From Strigamia acuminata (taxonomy: Eukaryota): DNA of 64,000 bases. Positions 22,601-32,200 of this stretch are shown piece after piece. Every line of letters starts with the position of its first letter. Positions within the stretch are counted from its first letter, which is position 1. The notes under the pieces are model-generated. The model had not been told where the DNA came from and made no database searches. It worked only from the letters and a program-made list of their open reading frames with translations. Location of the stretch: contig OX442314.1 of assembly GCA_949358305.1 (NCBI GenBank), positions 11,532,001 to 11,596,000 on the forward strand. The letters are read 5' to 3'. The position numbers were made by a program, and so were the translations under genes.

Positions 22601-24485
22601 CTGGCCGACATTATTTATATTACCTTCCCCTTACTTCCACATATCCCCTAAATCCCACTATTTTCCCAACCTCTTCTCACTCAGGTGTCCCCCCCACACA
22701 CAAAAAAACCCGACCCCTTGAAAATATTTGCTCAGCTTTACAGGTCCCCGAATGTGGCGTTAAAAAGTGCGTGGGATAATTTTATTTTTCCCCATAAATG
22801 GATGAGTGGCAGTGATTCAAGCGGGTCCACCCTGGCCAGCACAATAGCACGTGTACGAGTACACAGGCGCCCTGATAACGAGTGTAATATCAAGCCAGGT
22901 TGCCAAGATACCAAAGACCTCTGGTCATCAGGAGCCAGCCGACACTTTTATCGCGGACAAACAAAGGATGACAAGTTATACCTTCGAAAAAAAAAATTAA
23001 AAAAAAAAAAACGTTAACAGTCGTCCAAAAGGTGACGAAGAAAGAACTTTAAACCTCCTGTTTCTTCGATTACATTTGATACACAGAGCCGTGCAGTGAA
23101 GCCCACCCACCGAAAACAATTTTCTATTTTTCATATTAATTAAAAACATTTTTCTCCACCATCGACTCGTAAACCCGACCCCCCAGAGCCCCTTTTTTAT
23201 TTCACGAAGGAAAAAACCACGGTGGGAACAATATACGTTGATAATTAATTTACGAAGCAACGAAGTCGATAATTCCGCAATATTAATTGTATGAATAACA
23301 AATAAATGATGTTATTTACGGCTTGTCCAATAACGTACCTAAAATTCCCAAACATTTTATTACTTCACTTTTAAAACTCTCCTAGGAAATGGCTAAAAAA
23401 AAATGTCGACGAACCTCTGCAGGGGATATGGCTGGGAGCTGACCGACAGCTGTACGACCGACACCCGCCGAGCTGAGAAGGAAGCATTGGCCAAGTTGGT
23501 TCCCTAGGCTAGTCCCGGCCCCACACCAACATCTGAGGCTCACATGTCAGTGTCATTGCCTCAATTTTTTTTCCTTTTTCTGATTTCATCTTTTTTTTTT
23601 AGCTGGGATAGTGCATGGGGGAGGAATGGTGTGTAACGTATGGGCCGAAGGATGTGTGTGTGTGTGCCATCCGGAGTCCATAACTGCCACACAAGTAACT
23701 CTCCTCCTCCTGTTAAAAATAACCCGTTCTTCTCATTACCCTAACAAATCGAGAGAAGGCCTTTTTCTGCCATGTGCCAGTGTATTTTTAGAGGAATGTG
23801 CCCCAAAAAAATTATACCCCTTTTCCATTCGACCCCTGTCGACTGTTATGGGGAAACATGACATACTTAACTTTTTTCCGTCCATTAGAAACACTAGATG
23901 ATAATTTTTTTCAACTTCCCCTCCATTTTTTTTCCCTAAAAAAAAATTATTTTAGCCCGAAAAACCCATTATTTTAAATGTACCTGAACTAAACGCCCTG
24001 TTTTTTGCAATTTTAAGAGAAAATTTATTTTTCAACTTCAAAACAATAATTAATTTTTTTATTTAAAAAAAAAAAATTTTCAAAAATTTCTAGTTCGACT
24101 TTCTGCCACTGCACTCTCACAGAACGGAAAAGAAAACAAATTTTTGTTTTTTAAAGAGCCCATTTTTTAAATTTTTTTTTCAAAGTTCTCTCTCCCTGAC
24201 ACTCTTTATCCACGCACTCCCTTTTTCCTCATTTCCTTCCGAGTGGTAGCCGCTTCTTTCTTTCTTTAGCTTTATAGGATCAAATTTCTTTCAGCTGTGC
24301 CGAATATGGATTTGAAAAACTTCCCAAACTTTTCTTTCCGAAAGATTATCTGTGCCCCCTCCTCGTGGGCTCTAGAAAACAGCATCAGATACCCGCAAGA
24401 TGACACTGGTCACCTTATTACACATGGAACCCACATGCGACTTGCAGTGAAGTCCAACTAAACTTAGAAACCGAACACTTTTCAC

Positions 24486-24603
24486 TAACTGAATTCAAAA
24501 ACTAAAATATTTTGTGTTTTACTTCAATTTTAAAACAAAAATGACATCATTTCCTCTTTAAAACCATGTTAAAACTTAAAATACACTTAAACTAAAATTG
24601 TTA
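24486..24603. repeat. Dispersed repeat, inverted copy of 7827-7944
   Basis: Direct reverse-complement match over about 118 bp. Confidence 0.85.
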
Positions 24604-27253
24604 TTTTAATTTTTGAACGCAGCTACCGTTTTAAAATCTCCTCCCCCTCAGTTGACGACACCAAAATTCCTCCGGTTTTAAAATTCTTTAAAAAAAAAAG
24701 AAAAAAAAAGAGAAACTGCACCAAGAAAGTGAGTGTGAGAGAAAGAAGAGATAACTTAGGATGAGGGGAAGAGTCATTACTCGGAGCTTGGGGGATAAGT
24801 TGATAGCCATAGCCATGTTTGGTCTGGGTTGAGGTTTAGTGTGGAATTCAAGACATTGGTGCATATATCCTTTTACTTAAATTGGGTAAAAAGGATATTT
24901 TTTTTTTCCAAAATTTTTCAAAAAAAAAAAGTCAATTTTGGTTTATTTTTGTCGATTTTCGGTAGTGATGGGACATAAAGGCTTCCGATTCGACATGAGG
25001 GAGAAATAAACAGGATGTAAAATCACCATAAAAATGGCAATTAATTGTCTATTACATTTTCCCCAGTTCGGTTTTACGACGAATTAAAAACGCCAAAAAG
25101 ATACAAAATTGCTCAAATTTATTCCCTTAAAGTGGACCGAATATTCCAACACACATTTCCCCAATTTTAAAATTAATCAACCAATTTTATTAACCAAAAA
25201 ATCAAAATATTTGCGTCGAAAATAACTGCAACAAAAGACCAGCCTCCCAGGAAGTGATGACGAACAGATTCAAAGGGTTGTCAAGGGTTAACATCCAGTT
25301 TCCTAGCAACCCCCCAGCGTCCGAGGAGTCACTCAACGGCCACTCGGAGATTATTAGCCGAGTGAGAAATCTCACTTTTTGTTCACCCACCAACATATAA
25401 TCATTTTACTACACACACACGAATAATTCCATCTTTAATTCGCAATTTCGCCTTTAATTCGGCCGATCTGCACCTTAATTCCTTAATTTTACATCGAAAT
25501 GACTTCCGACTCATTCCCAAATCAAATTCAAATCACACAAACATAAACGGAAAGGTACTGATTACAAGATGTTGACATGGATTAAGAAATTTAACATTTC
25601 GAGAAATAGCTGATGGCGAATCAATAGCTTCAAATAATTCATTCAACATGCACCAATTTCATCACAACCGCTTTCAGCTACACCCGTTTCTCTCTTTCTT
25701 TTTTATCTGCTCTATTGAAAAATATTACGTGATAGAAAAATTGAGGGTTAATTAATTGAATGTTTCACGCAATTAAATCGCATTGATATAAACATTAGCT
25801 TTCGGGCCCGATGGTAAATAATCTACATCCAACTTAGCATTCCCAAATATGCAAATTCAAACTTGGCCAAAAGCCCATTCCAAAGCTTGCTCTACATTTC
25901 AAATTGAAAACCGTTTTGCTCTCGACTTATTGACTCCCAAAACTGATGAGCAAATCAATTAAACCGCCATTTTTTACTTCGTCGTCCCCCGCCCCACCCA
26001 CACACTTACAAACAACTTATTTCACGCTTAAACGCAATAAAACGCAGATAATTCATCGCGATACCCCACGGTATATTGCTTGTAAACGAGACGCATTAAA
26101 ATAAAAAAAAAATAAAAAATAAAAAAAGGTGCCACGAACTTCGGGCCTCGGGTCAGACGCATACCAAAATTTTATCAATTAGTCTATAAAATAAAATTCA
26201 ATTTCCAAATTGACCACTGACCAATGGTCAGCGAATGACCATTCAGCTGGAGGTCACGAGGGGAGTGTCTAACATAATGATCCATCTGTCCACGCCAATG
26301 GTCAGTCGGGAGTGGTGAAACACGCCCGCGATTTTTCCGGACCAAAAGTGGGATTTTTATTTCGAGAGAAAAAAAAATAAAAATAGCGGAAAATAAATTT
26401 AAGTGCGAATTAATAGCGTTATTCATTTCCCCGTGCAGCCTAAATAGACAAATGGAATGGGAAAATTTTTTATTTCTCGGCAGAAATGTTTTCCTAAATT
26501 ATAGAATGTGTGCGAAAATGACATAGAAAAAAACAGGACACGGTTAGGAATTTGGGTGGCCAAGTTATCTCTCGATTCGGCCGGGGTGAGGCGTCGTTTG
26601 ACGGTCACATTTTCATCATGTATAAATGTATACTGAACACGAGCAGAAAATACTACACAGCGATTAAATGTGGAAATGATTTTTTTCATTTTAAATACTA
26701 TGAAAACTCGATTCAAGGTTCTAAATTTGAATTAGCAGTGGTCAACGGGTCGAAAAATCGATTTGGAAAGGGTTCGGGCGGACACTGGCGGACTGCGGCG
26801 ATCGCCCACATCGACTCGCCGGCGACGAGTGAGCGGCTGCCGCTTGGCGATCTCAGTAAACACCGTCACTGTATCAAATCACTACAACGATTAATGGCTA
26901 CGAAAATATTTTATTCCACCGAAATAAATGATGAAAAAATTAAAAATTTCGATTTAAAAATTTAAAAATTTAAAAAAAAATTGATAAATTCGGCAATGAA
27001 TTTAACTACTTCCGTTATAGGATTCATAAAAAAAGAGGATCTAATTCACAAAATGTAAACCAAAACCTTAGAAACCATGACTAATTGAACAAATGCATGT
27101 AAACTCATATAGGTAACGTATCCAAGTATCGAGCACGCACGCGCCCGAGCAACCGTCGGCTGCTAGCGGAGTTTACCCGCGCTTGCCGCGGTCCATCTAA
27201 ATTGACCACAAACCAATATTTTCACACATTTGTGAGATAAACAATGGCTAAAT

Positions 27254-27390
27254 CTACTTGCTAGTCGTGTCCACACACGTGGCGAATGTGTTTGAGAGTG
27301 GACACGGTGTGTGTGAACCTCCCGCACGTACTACGCCCGCACGCCGGCGCCTGGTCACGGCCTCCTCCGACCAAACAGCGCGGCCGCCGC
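27254..27390 (-). CDS. Predicted last exon of a small spliced protein (RGGRAVWSEEAVTRRRRAG...TTSK*)
   Basis: Acceptor AAGTAG holds the first AG dinucleotides after the 27491 donor region (101-nt intron). The phase-1 join stays open to TAG at 27256-27254. The acceptor has a poor pyrimidine tract. Confidence 0.35.
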
Positions 27391-27491
27391 CTACTTGGCG
27401 CGTGCGTGCGTGGTCCGAAAGAGGCGCGTAGCAGACGAACGGCGGAAGGTCGTTGAATGAAAACATGGGATATAAGAGAAAATGTACTCAC

Positions 27492-27582
27492 GTGTGACTA
27501 GTCTTTTCCTTGGCTGCGGATTCTCTTGTTTTCTCCGTGACATTTCATCGGATTTTAGAGAGCACACCGAACCATGACAGGT
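27492..27582 (-). CDS. Predicted exon encoding TCHGSVCSLKSDE-MSRRKQENPQPRKRLVT (NuRD/RBBP4-binding-type motif)
   Basis: Acceptor TTGTTGTTCTTTGTCCAATGTAG| and consensus donor CAC|GTGAGT. The frame is open throughout, and ATG at 27543-27541 begins MSRRKQENPQ. Confidence 0.6.
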
Positions 27583-27653
27583 CTACATTGGACAAAGAAC
27601 AACAAATATGGCGGTCCCCCTCGGTGCATTATGGGAATTTTTCCCTAGAGCAC

Positions 27654-27798
27654 CTGCGCTGCATCGTGTCGCTGCTCCGCGTCGTTCGTATCATCCTTGT
27701 CGGTCGGTTGCAAACCCATGGTCACCTCGTCGTAGTACTCCGAGCGTGAGCTGCGTCCGCTCGACGCGCTGTCCGAGGCCACACTGAACGCCGCTCGT
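27654..27798 (-). CDS. Predicted exon encoding RAAFSVASDSASSGRSSRSEYYDEVT-MGLQPTDKDDTNDAEQRHDAAQ
   Basis: Acceptor GGTGCAG| follows a 54-nt intron starting GTGAGT at 27852. Codons are GC3-rich, with an in-register antisense shadow ORF (27510-27749). Donor CAG|GTGCTC is phase 0, and a 71-nt intron joins it in frame to the MSRRKQ exon. Confidence 0.5.
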
Positions 27799-28470
27799 CT
27801 GCACCAGGGGGTGGGTGTGGGGCGAGGTAGTGATGGAGGCAAACAAACTCACTTCCTCTTCAAGTTTCAGTTTCGTAAAGCCCGAAATGGAATTGTCGAA
27901 CGAAATAAAAAGGAAAGAAACGAGAAAACGAAGAGTGGCCACACGGCGGTGTCGTTTGTGCGCCGCCAGACGAAGAAACGGAGCGGGCGCGCGTGACTTT
28001 TCTCTCTCCGTACAAAGTGTAAACAGATGTGCAAAAGGGTTCACCAAACGGAGCCGGCAGGTCGTGTTGTGTCGGCGATACAAAAGTGGACGATCAAACT
28101 GTTTTCGTGTCAGTTTTCGTAAATCCTATCGGTGGGTGTTGTCACGTGAGCACGAGCAAAATCCAGGTAATCATGACGATTGGCGAGTGCGGTGCAGCGA
28201 GACAGATTCCTCGCACGTGAGTCAGTGGCTCGAACTGGACACGAGTAGTTGGTTCTCCGCGTCGGCGGCGAGTGTCGCTCGTTGCCCGGCGTCTGCTGCG
28301 ATTCGGCGCTGCCTGGTGGCGATGAGAAGACGGTCCACTCGTGGCCCTGCACCATTCCTAGCTCGACTGAGAGCCGGTCACTCCGTCCATGCAGGCAGCT
28401 AAATGTCGACCGACTGTCGTGGAGCTCGGTTTATGTGATAGTGCGCGTGGTCGCTCTCTGATTCGGTCTC

Positions 28471-28998
28471 GTGCGCCTGCCACTGGCTCGCGCGCGCGCA
28501 GCACTGACGGACGAGTGGCTGCCGCGCGGCGTGCAAGCGTCCGACCCGCGACCCGCGCGCCACCCCCGGACGTGCGGCCAACGCTGGAGTGCTAGCGGGC
28601 ACGCCGCACGCGCTGATGACATCGGAGTGGGAGTGGTCAACGGCGCGCGCGGCCACCACGAGCAAAGCGGGTATTTGACGACGGCCAATTTGATTGACGT
28701 CATCATTAAAAATACGCGCGCGTGCTGCCACGAGATGCACCGGCTCGGCGTGCTCCGAGAGCAGACGACGCTTCAATCGCGCTCGCGCGAAAATCACAAA
28801 CATTTTATTTCTCCGCTCGAACACTCTTACACATTTATTTTATTCGTATACAGCAATACACGTATTGAAATACCGGTAAAACGTACTATATGGTTTTGCA
28901 TTTTTGCAAATCTTGGTTGGCTTACGTGCATTGGGAACGGTGCAGGCGGCAGTTCTGTGCTCGCAATTGCGCGCTGCGGACTGGTGATGTTGCTCTAG
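28471..28998 (+). CDS. Putative coding frame (core about 28500-28800) containing CoRNR-box-like LTTANLIDVII; true start unknown, probably spliced
   Basis: Strong GC3 bias (GAC ATC, GTC AAC, CAC CAC GAG, TGC TGC CAC GAG) and an in-register antisense ORF 28399-28824. No in-frame ATG precedes the motif. The AT-rich 3' part is doubtful. Confidence 0.4.
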   Translation: MRLPLARARAALTDEWLPRGVQASDPRPARHPRTCGQRWSASGHAARADDIGVGVVNGARGHHEQSGYLTTANLIDVIIKNTRACCHEMHRLGVLREQTTLQSRSRENHKHFISPLEHSYTFILFVYSNTRIEIPVKRTIWFCIFANLGWLTCIGNGAGGSSVLAIARCGLVMLL

Positions 28999-29214
28999 AA
29001 GACTGCACGAGTCGTGCATCTCGTCGGGAAACGCGAACCTGACTGCCTGACGTCATGGCAGGTCTCGCACGCTGACCTGCCTGCGTCCTAGTCCAGTCGC
29101 CACACGGTGGCAAACAGGGGAAGCTCGCAAGCGCGCTGATAGTAAACAAATACATTTTGAGTCATCAAAATAAATGATCATTTACACATACACAACTCCA
29201 TACTGTTTAATTAA

Positions 29215-29215
<1 letters not shown>

Positions 29216-29254
<39 letters not shown>

Positions 29255-29255
29255 A
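29216..29255. repeat. (TAAA)n microsatellite
   Basis: About 10 tandem units. Confidence 0.9.
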
Positions 29256-32200
29256 AATATTTTTTTAAAAAAAACAACCGTAAAATCAAACGAATCAAAA
29301 CGTTCATTCATTCATTGATCCACGAACTTATTATTTTTTTATGAAAAAAAAAATTCCCTACCCCAATAGCTTAATTAACTCTTAATTCCCCGCAATAAAT
29401 GTTCATTTCAAATCTACCGAAAAATCTCTCAATATGCTTACATATCCCATTACATTTAAACGCTCGAAATGATGTATCGTCTCAACACCATTTTTCATCA
29501 CCTGCATTTTATACAAAAAAAAAAATAAAAAAAAAACAAAAATAAATAAAAATAAATAAATAAAAAACGACGAGGAAGCGTTCCACTCGTCTACCTTCAC
29601 CGGAAGTCAGTGGCGCGTGGCTGACCACATGCCGTGACCCTACATAGCCGGTCACTCGATGCCCATTATGACACCGTTTACCACGTACACACATCGATGA
29701 AGGATCGCTTTGCCAAGCACCTGAGCACAGGATGTGGGCGTCGTTAACACCATTTCCCACTCGATGGTCAAGCTCAAGATCACAAAAAAAATCATCACCA
29801 ATTCAATCAAAAAAAAAATATTTTTATTTTTTTTTATTTTTATTTTTTTTTCACTTCCCTTCCCCCCAGTCCCTCCAACCCTTAAAAAAATAACGACGTC
29901 AATCAACGTCTTAATTTAATCTGCACTGATTTCATTTACAGATGAAAATTGACAAAATGCCTGCACATCAACTCACCCCTCTCCTCATCACCCCCCGTCT
30001 TAATTCATAACCCCTTTACAACTTGCCTTCATTAATTTCGTTTTATCGCACGCTTTAAGTATGTAAATGAGGTTGTTGATCCGCGATAATGACCAGTGGT
30101 CAACAAGTTTTCAAAACGAACAGTGGCCACCCCAGTTGTTTGTCCACCCTAGGGTCCACTCAAAAGGGGGTTTGTCCGTACAATGGTGTGGTCAACAAAT
30201 AGGGATTTTCACCCACTAAACCCTCTCCCTACACGGCGGGGGGTGGCTCGACAGGACGTCCATTGACCAAGGTCCAGTTATCTTGGCGGGGACATCTATC
30301 AAAATCAAAGAAAGAGAAAGTCAAAACAACGCGGGGTAAAACTCGTGTTGGCACGCGTCGCATTCTCGAACCCTTTTCGGTACAAGTAGGGTCCAGCTAC
30401 TTTACTGTGAAAGACAGGCTCCGCATGTAATGGTGGCGGCCTCGAGTGAGAGATTGTGGTAGCTGATGGTCAGCGAGGCGAAGGTAGCGGCAACGGAGCG
30501 TGGCAGACATTGAGTCACGCTTCAAGATTTAAAATAAAAAACAACATAAAAATACGTTATTAAAATGATTACAATTAAGAATTTGTATCTTTATTATTTT
30601 TTTTAATTAACGATAATTGTAATTAGGGTTAATAAGGATTAATTTTAAAATTTCATAATTTCGATCGGTGTTTCGTGTACCTTAAAATCACACGATGAGG
30701 GAAATGGAAAATGGGTTTGATGAATCGATTTTAGTTCCCTCTATTAATAAAAATAAGAAAAATTTAAATATTTATGATATTTGTTTACCTTACATGCTCT
30801 GATTGAACACCCGCGCTCTATTGATAGAACCCTGCAATTTAAATATTGAATTCAATCAGTTCGGTGAATTTAAAACGTTTATTTCAGCATTCTTGATCAA
30901 TTTAGACATTTATTTAGTCGTTTTGGTCATTTTAGACCCGCGTTGTATACGATACCGTGTTGAATTAGCATCCCGCGCTCAATGAGAGCATTTTATGGTA
31001 TTTTTTTTAATGTTATCATCGGATAAAACACGTGTTTAAATAATCGTAAAAGCTTTCTAAAAAAGTGTGTAATTCGTATTAAGATATTACTTTACAATTT
31101 AAAAAAACATAAAATTATTTATAGTCAATAAAATTCCTTCCACTTAAAAAAAAAAATGTTTTACCCCTTTTAACTGACTGTAAAAAAAAAAAAAAGAAAA
31201 AAAAAATTGCAAATGTTATCGGTGTCGTAAATTGGAGGTGCCGCGATTGAGATTGAAATTGAGATTGAGTGGAGTTGTCATGCCATAAGTGAAGTTCAGA
31301 TGCGACTTGTGTTTATTTGTTGTTGTTTTTGAATCTCTTTTTACGCATAATTAGTGTAGAAGCACATTTTAATTGCATTACTTGACGACGACTAATTAGT
31401 CTTAATCAATAAGCCCGCTGGGAAATTCCTCGAAGAGCGCGAGGTCTCCAAATCACTTGATTGAATGGCAGGAGGCCCAAAGTCGAACACTCCCAATCAC
31501 AGAAGGACCATTAAATGCGCGACTGGGGCGACTCCCTGCGACGATTGACGGAAACTATCATCTTTAAAAAAAAATAAAATAAAATAACGTTTAAAAATCG
31601 TCTTATGGCTCGTAGAAAATAATTTTTCAACTAAAACTCCATCGAATTATTCAAATACCAATTAAACATTGCTTCCTCAAGCAAATTTCATCAATTTGTG
31701 GTAAAAAGGATAAAAAATTGAACAAAATTTAAACATTTTTCGTTTTTTTGTCAAAAAATTCTGTCAAAATATTTAGCTGATTCACCAATCTATAAAAATA
31801 AAATATAGAATAAAATACTCATTAAACACTAAAATAAAAAATAAAAAAAATAAAAACATTTCTGTTGATTTAAAATAAAATAAAAAACTGAAACAAATTC
31901 AAAATATAAAAAAAAAAACCAAATTTAAACGAAAAAATCAAATACAAAACCGTATTTGAGATCCCCAACTCTCCATCTAGTGGTAAAACACCCAACCTAT
32001 TTAAACAATCCCTTCAAACCGGTTCAGTGACATTTCACGCGTCTTTTTCAAGCACCTCTGCTCCAAGGAATTCGAAAGGGCCATTGCGCACGCGTTTCAT
32101 CCCCCTATCTATACTTCTTTCGTTTTTTTCTATCGAAATGCCACGTGGCCACGTGGATCTTGTACTACGTGCACGGGCACGACTACCGCAGCTAATAAGA

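Larger units (their letters stand above)
27110..29145. other. GC/CpG-rich island with compact, spliced, divergent coding segments (mobile-element cargo or the 5' end of a host gene)
   Basis: Sharp compositional shift: CpG/GCGC-rich and lacking the long A/T runs of the flanks. Several GTGAGT donors, in-phase short introns and GC3-biased frames on both strands. Boundaries are approximate. Confidence 0.6.

Noticed and set aside
27091..28903. Degenerate inverted similarity between 27091-27129 and 28870-28903 as TIRs of the GC island
   Set aside because: Needs several gaps, has no clear TSD, and GC-rich sequence continues beyond the right arm.
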